A stretch of 64,000 nt of DNA, taken from NCBI GenBank assembly GCA_004297735.1, contig SCTI01000002.1:128160-192159 (forward strand), in the 5' to 3' direction. The first letter of the stretch is position 1. Each line of letters opens with the position of its first letter. The DNA comes from Patescibacteria group bacterium (GTDB lineage Bacteria > Patescibacteriota > Saccharimonadia > UBA4664 > SCTI01). Below are positions 1-9,261 of the stretch, in pieces. A program made the translations under genes and the position numbers. The notes beneath the pieces were generated by a model, which worked only from the letters and a program-made list of their open reading frames with translations, was not told where the DNA came from and made no database searches.

Positions 1-1
1 T

Positions 2-1024
2 ATCTTTGGTCTGGCCCTCAAACTGCGGATCCGGCAATTTTACGCTAATAACGGCGGTAATGCCTTCGCGAATGTCCTCACCGGTCAGGCTATCTTCTTT
101 TTCTTTAAGCAAACCGTTCTTACGGGCATACTCATTAACCACCCGGGTTAATGCCCGGCGGAAGCCCTCTTGGTGCGATCCGCCACCAGGAGTTGGGATG
201 TTGTTGGCAAAGGTCTTAACGTTATCGGTAAAGCCTTCGGTGTACTGAATTGCCAGCTCAACCGTAACCTCACCCACCTGCTTTTCCACGTAAAATGGCG
301 GCTGGTTGAGCACGGTTTTGTCTTTATTAAGATGCTCTACGTAACTGCGAATCCCGCCCTCAAAGTAGTAGCCGTAACGCTCACCGGTGGCTTCGTTGTG
401 GGCCTTTAAATGAATACCCTTGGTTAGATAGGCTTGGTGACGCAAGTAATCGAGAACGGTCTGATAATTAAACTCGGTGGTTTCAAAGATGCTGCCATCT
501 GGCCAGAACGTAATGGTGGTACCGGTATCGGTTGAAGTGCCAACCACCTTAACCGGCGCCAAAGGCTTACCTACCTCATATTCCTGACGATACAGCTTGC
601 CGTTAAGGCGAACCTCGGCAATCAGCTTGGTTGAAAGCGCGTTTGCCACGCTGACACCCACACCGTGCAGACCACCAGAAACCTTGTAGCCGGAATTTTC
701 GCCACCAAACTTACCACCAGCGTGCAGCACGGTCAGAACGGTCTCGAGGCCGCTCTTGCCGGTGGTCTTTTGAGTGTCAACCGGGATACCACGGCCGTAG
801 TCCTTAACGCTAACACCGCCGTCGGCCAACATGGTTACCTCAACCGTGTCGCCGTAGCCGGCCATGGCTTCGTCGATTGAGTTGTTGATGATTTCCCAAA
901 TTAAGTGGTGAAGTCCGGCCGGGCCGGTGCCACCAATATACATACCGGGTCGCTTACGGACTGGATCAAGACCTTCGAGAACCTGAATCTGATCGGCACC
1001 GTACTGCTTCTGCTCTTTTGCCAT
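2..1024 (-). CDS. gyrB: DNA gyrase subunit B, N-terminal part (runs off window start)
   Basis: Manual translation from ATG at 1024: MAKEQKQYGADQIQVLEGLDPVRKRPGMYIG...EIINNSIDE...DYGRGIP...LHAGGKF...SGGLHGVGVSV (GHKL ATPase motifs). Absent from the ORF track because it is truncated. Confidence 0.93.
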   Translation of the reverse strand, partial: MAKEQKQYGADQIQVLEGLDPVRKRPGMYIGGTGPAGLHHLIWEIINNSIDEAMAGYGDTVEVTMLADGGVSVKDYGRGIPVDTQKTTGKSGLETVLTVLHAGGKFGGENSGYKVSGGLHGVGVSVANALSTKLIAEVRLNGKLYRQEYEVGKPLAPVKVVGTSTDTGTTITFWPDGSIFETTEFNYQTVLDYLRHQAYLTKGIHLKAHNEATGERYGYYFEGGIRSYVEHLNKDKTVLNQPPFYVEKQVGEVTVELAIQYTEGFTDNVKTFANNIPTPGGGSHQEGFRRALTRVVNEYARKNGLLKEKEDSLTGEDIREGITAVISVKLPDPQFEGQTKD

Positions 1025-1162
1025 GTAAACCTAATAAACTCCTACGACGTAAATCAAAAAGAAAGGCGTTTTCGCCACCTCACCTGCTTCTTATTCAGTA
1101 TAACCGTTTTGGCTCCTGGGGGCAACTCCACCTCTTCGAGAAGGTGTTGGCTTATCTTGGGC

Positions 1163-1222
1163 GGCTCCGTTGGTGGCTCCTGCATTCGCTACTACGCTCG
1201 TTTCGGAGGCACCAACTGCGCC
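1163..1222 (-). repeat. 60-bp hairpin repeat, copy A
   Basis: Reverse complement GGCGCAGTTGGTGCCTCCGAAACGAGCGTAGTAGCGAATGCAGGAGCCACCAACGGAGCC aligns without gaps to copies at 1239-1298 and 63195-63254. Confidence 0.85.
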
Positions 1223-1238
1223 TAGAATAGAGACTAAG

Positions 1239-1298
1239 GACGCAGCAACTGCCTCCGAAACGAACGTAGTAGTGAGTGAAGGAGCCAGTTGCGGAGTC
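1239..1298 (+). repeat. 60-bp hairpin repeat, copy B (inverted relative to copy A)
   Basis: GACGCAGCAACTGCCTCCGAAACGAACGTAGTAGTGAGTGAAGGAGCCAGTTGCGGAGTC; same length and frame as A and C, with compensatory stem changes. Confidence 0.85.
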
Positions 1299-1370
1299 TT
1301 TAATAAAAGGCTGAATTGGTTGCCTTAACCATAAGCAAAATGGTTTAATAGATTATGAGAAACCGGTGTG

Positions 1371-2729
1371 ATGTTTAAAAGTATTGTTGCTAACCTCAGT
1401 CTTCACCCTGCTGCCACCGGGCGGCTAACTTACTATTGGCGGCGCTTGCGCAAAGAGCAAGTCACCCGCCAGCTATCTGTGGTCCTGGCTATATTGCTGA
1501 TGGGTGTACAGGTTGCTACGATCATAGCGCCACCGGATGCGGCCACCGCGGCATCCTCAAACGACATTATTAATGGCGGGATTAACACCAGTCACCCCCA
1601 ACAGACACTGCTTTCAATTTATGACGGCAGCGGCGAGCTACAGGCACTATTTAATAACTACGGTATCACCCGTAACGATATCTCAAACACCCACCATGGC
1701 ACACTTAACTCAAGCAATCAAAGCTTTAAATCGTTTGGGCGCAACCCCCACTCCAAGCAAGACAAAAAGGTGGTTATTGGCAGCCACACCTACTACGCCC
1801 GCCCGCTAAGCAGCTGGGGTAGCGATGTCACCTATAAGGTACTAGAGGGCCAAAGGGCGGTAGATGGTCGTTACTTTGCCATCATGATTAAGTGTGGCAA
1901 CCTGGTGCTAACCGACCTGACACCCAAACCAATCACCCAGATTCAAAAGGGCTCCAGCTTTAGTAATGTCCCTCAGCCCAAGCCGACCACCTTTACTCAA
2001 ACCCCTACACCAGCACCTGCGCCAACGCCGGTTACCCCAACCGTGGTCACTCCCACGCCCACCCCTACTCCAACACCCGTAACCCCGACACCTACCCCGG
2101 TTACACCCGTGGAGAACCCCAACATCCAGCAAGCCAAAACCGCCAAGCTAACCTCGGCGGCCGATGGCTCAACCCGTAACGCCCACGGCGCCACCGCCAA
2201 CGCCGGCGATAGCATCGAATACACCCTGGTTACCACCAACACCGGTACCGGCGCCGCTAAGGACTACGTTGTCACCGAAAATGTACGCGACATCCTGGAG
2301 TATGCCGATATCACCGAGCTGCGCGGCGGCACCTTAACCGACGGTATTTTACAGTGGCCTAAAACCACCATTGCCGGCAGCGCCGCCTACAGCGTTAGCT
2401 TTGTAGCCCGAGTTAAAAACCCAGTACCAGCGCGCCCAACCGCCGCATCCGACCCTCAGTCGTACGACCTCCAGATGGACAACGTCTACGGCAACGTTGT
2501 TAGTACCGGCATCACCACCCCGCCAGCCAAGCAGGTTGAGGTAGCCGCTGCCACCCTGCCAGCCACCGGCCCAGGTGAAAGTTCGCTTATTGTCATGATC
2601 GTACTGGCCATGCTGGTGTTCTTTTACGCCCGTAACCGTCAGCTCATTACCGAGGCGGCGATCTTACGGGGTGACGCTACCGGCCAAGATCCGCAGAACC
2701 TGCATCATCGCCACAGGAGGCATTCATAA
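1371..2729 (+). CDS. Surface protein with Pro/Thr linker, DUF11-like Ig domain and LPxTG-like sorting motif
   Basis: N-terminal hydrophobic segment, PTPTPTP tract, GDSIEYTLVTTNTGTG (DUF11-like), LPATG followed by a TM helix and RNR. Confidence 0.7.
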   Translation: MFKSIVANLSLHPAATGRLTYYWRRLRKEQVTRQLSVVLAILLMGVQVATIIAPPDAATAASSNDIINGGINTSHPQQTLLSIYDGSGELQALFNNYGITRNDISNTHHGTLNSSNQSFKSFGRNPHSKQDKKVVIGSHTYYARPLSSWGSDVTYKVLEGQRAVDGRYFAIMIKCGNLVLTDLTPKPITQIQKGSSFSNVPQPKPTTFTQTPTPAPAPTPVTPTVVTPTPTPTPTPVTPTPTPVTPVENPNIQQAKTAKLTSAADGSTRNAHGATANAGDSIEYTLVTTNTGTGAAKDYVVTENVRDILEYADITELRGGTLTDGILQWPKTTIAGSAAYSVSFVARVKNPVPARPTAASDPQSYDLQMDNVYGNVVSTGITTPPAKQVEVAAATLPATGPGESSLIVMIVLAMLVFFYARNRQLITEAAILRGDATGQDPQNLHHRHRRHS

Positions 2730-3274
2730 TGGAACGACTTAATAATTCCGCCGAACAGAACCTTAACTCAACCGAGATCGAACAAGCTGCCGCCGAGCGG
2801 CTCAAGAACCTCGAGCGATCAGCCGAACGCATTACCGGGCCCGAAGACGGCGTTGAGGCCGCTCGCGAAAAACTACGGCAGGCCGAACGGCAGAGCGCCC
2901 AGACCGAGCGTGCCAGTATTCAAGAAGACCGCCCCAAGGCTCAGCCGATTAGCCTCGAAGCCAACTACCGCCACACCATGACTACGCTGCAGCATCGCCT
3001 CAAGCCAGCTAGCCGGACCTTTAGTAAGGTAATTCACTCCCCTGTGGTCGAGCGGACCAGCGAGGTGGTTGGCTCAACCATTGCTCGCCCATCGGTTACG
3101 GTCGGAGCTACCGGCGGAGCACTAATCTTTAGCACCACTCTTTATTTGTACGCCCGCTACTACGGCTTTACGCTTAAGGGCTCCGAGATCTGGATCGGAC
3201 TGTTGGTTGGCGGCGTTATTGGCCTGGTGGCTGAGTTTAGCTTACGGCTACTACGCGGCCGCCGCAGCTCTTAG
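2729..3274 (+). CDS. Hypothetical membrane protein (coiled N-terminus, two C-terminal TM helices)
   Basis: 181-aa ORF coupled to the upstream gene by a TAATG overlap. Confidence 0.75.
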   Translation: MERLNNSAEQNLNSTEIEQAAAERLKNLERSAERITGPEDGVEAAREKLRQAERQSAQTERASIQEDRPKAQPISLEANYRHTMTTLQHRLKPASRTFSKVIHSPVVERTSEVVGSTIARPSVTVGATGGALIFSTTLYLYARYYGFTLKGSEIWIGLLVGGVIGLVAEFSLRLLRGRRSS

Positions 3275-3321
3275 TTTTATTACGATTCAAGCTTTACTGA
3301 TGCCAGGTCTATGGCTCGATC

Positions 3322-6300
3322 TTATCCCTGGATGACATTACCGTCATCATCAACGTAGATCTCGCCTGGCTGCAACTTCGGCTTACTGGGTGAATCAGGA
3401 GCTGGTACTGCTACTGGTGGTACTGGGGCTGAAGCGGCTTCCGGCGCTGGATTCATCTTGACTGGCTCCGGTGGCACAACCGGACCGGCCTTTACGGCCT
3501 GATGATCGGGGTGAACGATATTTTCGAGCTGCTGGTTGACGGTTGAAGCAATAGTGTCGGTAGCCGATGGTTTATCTGATTGTGGTGGCGGTGGCGTTGC
3601 AGCTAGAGCTGGCGACACAACATCACCTGGAGTCGGGCTAGGAGGTGTTGGCAGTACGATGCGCGGAGTCTGGCCGGCCTGCTCCTCGGTTGCAAGCGAC
3701 TCTAGCTTGGCATTGGCGTGCTTAGACCGAGCCGGGGCCGCCGCGTCCTTATAGCGAGATGATTTGTTGGCGTGCTTACTGGACTTTGAATCAGCATGCG
3801 ACCGTGGCTTATCGCTATGCGCCGGCTTAGCGGTTGATTTAGGTTGATCATGAGCTGGCTTTGGATGAGATTTAGCGGCCGGTTGCTGATGCTGGCGCTC
3901 ACTCTTTGGCGTAGAACCCTTTTGATGGTGACTGCGGATCTCTTCTGTATCTGAGGGCTGTTCGCCATCAGCTAACCTGTGACTGCGATGGGTGGCGATC
4001 ATGGTTTTAGCCGACTGTGACGCATCTGCCTTTGGTGGCTGTGGCTTAGGTTGAGGCGCGACTTCTTGAGGCTTGGGTTGTGGTGTCGGCGGCGCTGGCG
4101 GTGCTGCAACCGGAGTGACCGGTGCGGTAGCCGGAGCTACTGGAGCTGGCTGTGCTACCGGAGTTGGGGCTGGGGCTGGCATCTGAGCTACTGGAGACTG
4201 GCTATCAGTAACACCGTCACGCTCCTCCGCTTCAATCAAAAGCGGTGAGGCGGATTGTGATGCGCTAGTCTTACCATCGGTCTCGTGGGCCTCTATCAGC
4301 ACCGGCTGTGGTACCGGCTTCGGCTTGGCCGCCTCAACCCCCACCACATCGGCAATGGAGGCGCTGTCGCCACTTGAAGTATTCTTTTGTTGCTCATAAT
4401 CCGGGTTGATCGACTTAATATCCGGTGCTGGAGTCGGAACAGGAGCGGGAGCGGTCGGCTGAGCAACTGGAGTTGGTACCGGTAGCTCAGGTGGTGGGGC
4501 TGATGTGACTGCTGAAGTTGGAGCGGCCATAGCCGGATCAACCCTATCCCCGAGCTTAGGCAGGGCTGGGGCCGGCGTAGGAGATGGAGTTGGCTGGGCA
4601 ACTGGAGGAACCGGTGCTACGGCGGCTTGGGGAGCGGGCGTTGGAGCGGCCTGAGGCGCTGTTGGGGTGGCAGGGGCTGGCTGGGGCGTGGCTGCCGCCT
4701 TGGGCCGGGGCTGATTTTGGAGCCGGGCAAAGATATCGGCCTCCACCACACCGCGCGGAACGCCAAACTTGGCGGCACTTAACTGCTTAACCGCCAGCAG
4801 CATCTCAGCATGCGGCTCTCCCAGTGGCGGTAGCGCGGTCATACTAAACGGTTGCGACGGCAATCCGCCCACCATCAATCTCATAACGGCGTTAAAGTTG
4901 GGCAGGTTGACCAGGTCGTGAACATCAAACACCGGCTCGAACTGCTTTACCAAAAACTCGGCATCCTCTGGCCCGGTACGGTAGCTTAGCATGGTGCCAA
5001 CGTTACCAAATACCGCCTCGCGAATCTCGTCGGTTAGCTGGCCAATAAACTGGTTGGCCACAATTAGATTGAGTCGATACTTACGCGCTTCGCTCAGGAT
5101 GCTTGCAAAGCTATCGGTGGCAAAGTTCTGAAACTCATCAACGTATAGCGAGAAATCAACACGATCGGCCTCAGGGATGGCGGCTCGGCTCATCGCCGCC
5201 TGCTGTATCTTCATTACGAATAGCATACCCAGGAGCTTGGAGTTCATCTCCCCCACCTGACCCTTACTTAAGTTGACTATCAGGATCTTACGCTGGTCCA
5301 TGATCTCGCGGATGTTAAAGGCAGAATGAGTCTGGCCGACAATATTGCGCATCATTTCGTTGGTCTGGAAAGCCCCAAACTTACTGACAAACCAGCCTAA
5401 CATCTCACTCTTATGATAGTCGCTAGTCTGGCCCATCTCCTTAGTCCAGAACTCCATCACGGTTGGGTCATTGAGATACTTAAACTTATTCTTTAAATAG
5501 GTGGTGTCGGTAAACACCTTTGGCAACTCAATAAAGGTGGCGCCATCCGGGTCGGCCATTAAGGTGAGAGCGGCGTTGCGGAACCAGTGCTCAAACCGCG
5601 GCCCCATGATCCCGGTGTGACCTGGGTCGTACAGTTTGTACAACATATTAATAGCTTCATTGACGATAAAGTCTTTTTGGTCAGGGCTGGAGAACTCAAA
5701 CAAGTTGATCCCGAGCGGATGCTCAAGATCGGCCGGGTTGAAGTAGACAATGTCCTCGGCCCGCTCCTTTGGAACCATACTAATCAGCTTTTCGGCGGCA
5801 TCACCATGAGGGTCAATAAAGGCAAAGCCATTGCCCGCCAACATATCTTGGACCATCAGGTTTTCTAGAATGGTGGTCTTACCGGTACCGGTTTGACCAA
5901 CAATGTACATGTGTCGGCGGCGATCCTCTAGGTCGAGATGTATCTCTTTTTTGGTGCCGCGGTAAAAGTTATAACCCAACAACAGACCCTTGCTTGGCAT
6001 ATTAGCTGGGCCATCAACTTGCTTTGAGTGCTGCCGCTCCACCTGAGTAGTGGAGTTGAACTGTGAGTCCGGTAGATGGAACAGGGTGGCCAACTCGGGA
6101 GAGCTTAGAATGTTGTTCGATACCTCTGGTGGGAAAAAGCGAAAGATAAAGGCGGTTACCAGTCCCTGGATGTCACGCGCCTCTAAAAACTGGAAGCCAT
6201 TACTTCCAGGTGCCTCAAACAGCGCAAATGCGGTGGTAATACCCCGCAACAGGCTCTGCGAACGATCATAGCTTGGCGACGACACCAAGACGCGTACCAG

Positions 6301-7134
6301 TATTTCGAATCCGGGGTGACGAACCTTCTCTTCCACCGCCTGCATCATGGTCTCTTCGAGCTTGCTTAGCTCGTACTGAGCCTTCTCTTTATGCTGCTGC
6401 TCGGGGGCCTTAACCGCTGCCATGGCTAAATCCTTAGGTGTAAAGCCAAGTCCGGTGGAATCTTTTTGATGACGCTTACTTGCAACTAGCTTCTTTGAGG
6501 CCTTAACCCAGCCGGGTTTAGCCGGTCGCAACATGATCTGGATTGCCGCTCCATCACCAAGTTGTAATTTTGACAACGTGTTAACTAGCGCTTCCATTGG
6601 ATCGCGCTCCATCTGGTCGTAAAGCGCAATTGGATACGAAAACTTATGGCGCAGAGTCAACTCACCCCCTACCGTGCCGGTCAGCTTACCCTGAGGGCTG
6701 AAGATATTATGATCCTCAACCTCCTCCACTCTCGCACCCGGGTAAGCGGTAAAGATGGCCTGCTCAACGGTACTTACTAAAGCCACCGGAACCGCCACAA
6801 AGTAGTGAATCAAGCCGTTAGAGGCAATGATTTCAAAAGCAATGTGACGTTGGCCATAAAAGCTGCTGCTAAAGCCTTGCCTAGCGGTGCCAGCAATCAA
6901 GTCATATAGGGTTTGAGACTCCGAAATACGCTCGCGCATCATGTCCCTGGCATCACGGTTGGTTTGCTCCTCGTCACGAGGCGGCGGCAAATGGATTAGC
7001 AGCGGCACCATCTTGAGGCCCCGCTCAATCCCCTTGGCTCGGCGCAGTACACGACGGTAAGCAAAAAAGGCAATTGCCCCCAGAACTAGGGCGAACATAA
7101 CAAAGATAACCAGCAGTAAATAAACGCCGTTCAT
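3322..7134 (-). CDS. VirD4/TraD/HerA-like coupling ATPase with long Pro-rich C-terminal tail
   Basis: N-terminal TM, RRRHMYIVGQTGTGKT (Walker A), IDPHGD, LYVDEFQNF (Walker B), SEARKYRLNLIVANQ. Confidence 0.85.
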   Translation of the reverse strand: MNGVYLLLVIFVMFALVLGAIAFFAYRRVLRRAKGIERGLKMVPLLIHLPPPRDEEQTNRDARDMMRERISESQTLYDLIAGTARQGFSSSFYGQRHIAFEIIASNGLIHYFVAVPVALVSTVEQAIFTAYPGARVEEVEDHNIFSPQGKLTGTVGGELTLRHKFSYPIALYDQMERDPMEALVNTLSKLQLGDGAAIQIMLRPAKPGWVKASKKLVASKRHQKDSTGLGFTPKDLAMAAVKAPEQQHKEKAQYELSKLEETMMQAVEEKVRHPGFEILVRVLVSSPSYDRSQSLLRGITTAFALFEAPGSNGFQFLEARDIQGLVTAFIFRFFPPEVSNNILSSPELATLFHLPDSQFNSTTQVERQHSKQVDGPANMPSKGLLLGYNFYRGTKKEIHLDLEDRRRHMYIVGQTGTGKTTILENLMVQDMLAGNGFAFIDPHGDAAEKLISMVPKERAEDIVYFNPADLEHPLGINLFEFSSPDQKDFIVNEAINMLYKLYDPGHTGIMGPRFEHWFRNAALTLMADPDGATFIELPKVFTDTTYLKNKFKYLNDPTVMEFWTKEMGQTSDYHKSEMLGWFVSKFGAFQTNEMMRNIVGQTHSAFNIREIMDQRKILIVNLSKGQVGEMNSKLLGMLFVMKIQQAAMSRAAIPEADRVDFSLYVDEFQNFATDSFASILSEARKYRLNLIVANQFIGQLTDEIREAVFGNVGTMLSYRTGPEDAEFLVKQFEPVFDVHDLVNLPNFNAVMRLMVGGLPSQPFSMTALPPLGEPHAEMLLAVKQLSAAKFGVPRGVVEADIFARLQNQPRPKAAATPQPAPATPTAPQAAPTPAPQAAVAPVPPVAQPTPSPTPAPALPKLGDRVDPAMAAPTSAVTSAPPPELPVPTPVAQPTAPAPVPTPAPDIKSINPDYEQQKNTSSGDSASIADVVGVEAAKPKPVPQPVLIEAHETDGKTSASQSASPLLIEAEERDGVTDSQSPVAQMPAPAPTPVAQPAPVAPATAPVTPVAAPPAPPTPQPKPQEVAPQPKPQPPKADASQSAKTMIATHRSHRLADGEQPSDTEEIRSHHQKGSTPKSERQHQQPAAKSHPKPAHDQPKSTAKPAHSDKPRSHADSKSSKHANKSSRYKDAAAPARSKHANAKLESLATEEQAGQTPRIVLPTPPSPTPGDVVSPALAATPPPPQSDKPSATDTIASTVNQQLENIVHPDHQAVKAGPVVPPEPVKMNPAPEAASAPVPPVAVPAPDSPSKPKLQPGEIYVDDDGNVIQG

Positions 7135-7162
7135 GCTGTACCTACATCACCCTCCACCTTAC

Positions 7163-7585
7163 CTACTTCGAGTCCGGCTTTTTAACCTCGTGACCATACC
7201 GCTTTTTGAGGTAGTCGGCCTGGAGCGCCTCAACCGCCTCTTCCTCGGTGTAGGGATCTTGCTTGGTCTGCTCTACAATCCGGTTGGCCTGATCAACCCA
7301 CTCCTTTTCGATAACGTCGACGTCTCCCGCGACAGCAGGCGCGCCAGCTACAGGGGTGGCCGGGCCGGCTGGGGGTTGAGCTGACGGCTGACCTCCCTGG
7401 TTGCCATTGGTAGCACCATTAACATCCGGCAGGACCGGGCGAGCTACTGGGTCGGTTGGACCACCGGTTGGCGCCTGCGGAGCGCGTTCGGGCGCAATTG
7501 GCTGCGGTGCAGCCTCGCTAGCGGCCGGAGCCGGCTGCTCGGGGTTTGGCGGAGTTGGTAAATTGGGGTTTTGATTCGGTTGCAT
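7163..7585 (-). CDS. Hypothetical protein (Pro-rich N-terminus, helical C-terminal domain)
   Basis: ATG at 7585 after GAGG; C-terminal DVIEKEWVDQANRIVEQTKQDPY segment. Confidence 0.7.
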   Translation of the reverse strand: MQPNQNPNLPTPPNPEQPAPAASEAAPQPIAPERAPQAPTGGPTDPVARPVLPDVNGATNGNQGGQPSAQPPAGPATPVAGAPAVAGDVDVIEKEWVDQANRIVEQTKQDPYTEEEAVEALQADYLKKRYGHEVKKPDSK

Positions 7586-7663
7586 CGGAGTATCCTCTTG
7601 GCTACAGTATAACACTTATGTATATCTGTGGGGAGCGCAATTTTGATGACGGCAAACGGTCGC

Positions 7664-9154
7664 CTACTTGTGCACCCACACCGGCGTGCCAACATCGGCC
7701 CAGCCGTACAAAAAGGCGGCGGTTGCCAGCGGCAAGTTGACGCAGCCGTGTGAGCCACCGTAATAATAATCGGAGCCGCCAAAGTTAGAGCGCCAACTAG
7801 CATCGTGCAGCCCATAGTTGCCACTAAATGGCATCCAGTACTGCACAAACACGTTGTAGTTATAGCCGATGGCGTAGCCGTTAAGATTACGGTTGGTTTG
7901 TTTGGCTTGAATCGAAAACAGCCCGGTTACGGTAGGGTAACCAGCCCCGGCCGCTCCACTGGTAACCGGCGACTCGTAAACAACCTGCTTGTCCTGATAC
8001 ACCCACAGATGCTGGCGACTCAAGTTGATCTCGATGTAACGTCCATAATCCAGCGTAACCACGCGATTATACTCGGTCTGGAAGGCCACCTTTTTAGTTG
8101 GCGCCTCGACCGTTAGCGGTTGGCGCGCGCCCAAAGTAGCAGCAATCTGGTTGGCCAGGCTATCTTGATCGAGCTGCGTACCCTCCTGGCCGGCGCGCTC
8201 CTCGCTCGACTGGCCGTTCTCCACCCTTACCTTACGATTAACCGGATCAACATTGATCTGCTTGGATAGGGATTGCAGGTAGCTAATAATACCGTCGCGG
8301 TTGGGCTTGGCTAGCAGACCCGGCGGCTGATCGGCAGCCGACTTATCGTAGGTGACCCAGGAGCTCATTTGGGCCGGTGTTGGCCGGAACTGTCGACCCT
8401 GGTAGGTCACAACCACCGGAACCGCCAGCAGCTGCTTGGTTTGCTCAATAGCTGGCTGTAGATGATTGGACCGGATTCGGGCTTGCTGGGTTTGAGCCGT
8501 CAGAACCTCGGTTTTGGCATCGAGATTCTGAGCCTGGTGCTGAATGGCAGCCTCAACCTGGTCCGCCGACAACGACTGACCGGGCTTATCTGGCTGAACT
8601 TTGGGTACGCCATTTTCAATGGTAATAGCGGCATCGATGGCTGGCTGACCGGTGCCAACCACCACCTTATCGATAAAAGCCTTTTGCACCACCGCATCGG
8701 TGCCAAAAGCCAGCTTGAGGTCACGGCCATTAAAGGTTTGAGCCAGACCAAGTGCAGTTAAAGGCTGGTCACGGCCCTGCAAAAAAGCGTCGTCCAAAGT
8801 GGTATTAAGATCGTACTGCACTCCAACATCAGCCGGAGGAAGTTTGTATGGCTGGCCGGCAATCACTAGATTGACTCGGTATCCGTCTACCTTGTTCGCC
8901 AGAGCCTGGCGGGCCTGCGACCGAGTTAAACCACCGACCTCGAGACCGGCCACCTTAACGCCAGGATAAATCTTGCCAGCATACCAGGAGCTGAGCGCTA
9001 GTTGAGCCGCCACGACAACAAAGAAGAGCGCCCCGCCAACCAGCCATGCGAGCTGAATCCACCTCGACTGCGGCCGACCAAAGGCGGCCTCAAGACCCGG
9101 TACCGACTTCGGCTCCGGGTTAGCAAACAGGGGCGCAGGGTTTTTGCGACGCAA
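7664..9154 (-). CDS. L,D-transpeptidase (YkuD family) with peptidoglycan-binding repeats
   Basis: TM anchor, IYPGVKVAG, IEINLSRQHL, GLHDASWR...GSHGCVNL catalytic His/Cys motif. Confidence 0.9.
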   Translation of the reverse strand: MRRKNPAPLFANPEPKSVPGLEAAFGRPQSRWIQLAWLVGGALFFVVVAAQLALSSWYAGKIYPGVKVAGLEVGGLTRSQARQALANKVDGYRVNLVIAGQPYKLPPADVGVQYDLNTTLDDAFLQGRDQPLTALGLAQTFNGRDLKLAFGTDAVVQKAFIDKVVVGTGQPAIDAAITIENGVPKVQPDKPGQSLSADQVEAAIQHQAQNLDAKTEVLTAQTQQARIRSNHLQPAIEQTKQLLAVPVVVTYQGRQFRPTPAQMSSWVTYDKSAADQPPGLLAKPNRDGIISYLQSLSKQINVDPVNRKVRVENGQSSEERAGQEGTQLDQDSLANQIAATLGARQPLTVEAPTKKVAFQTEYNRVVTLDYGRYIEINLSRQHLWVYQDKQVVYESPVTSGAAGAGYPTVTGLFSIQAKQTNRNLNGYAIGYNYNVFVQYWMPFSGNYGLHDASWRSNFGGSDYYYGGSHGCVNLPLATAAFLYGWADVGTPVWVHK

Positions 9155-9261
9155 CGACTCCAGAATCTGGCTCCACCAATATCCCTTGTATTATACCGCT
9201 TACGCTTTGGGCTGGCCAGAGCGATTTTACCGGGATTTTACGGAAGTAAGGCGGCTCGGCC

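Noticed and set aside
6-1230. Plus-strand ORFs 6-248, 170-409, 665-880, 905-1225 and 1018-1230
   Set aside because: Antisense shadows of gyrB or of the repeat region; no recognisable motifs.
1975-2115. Tandem ACNCCN-type repeats
   Set aside because: They encode the Pro/Thr linker of the surface protein; no repeat-spacer structure, so not CRISPR.
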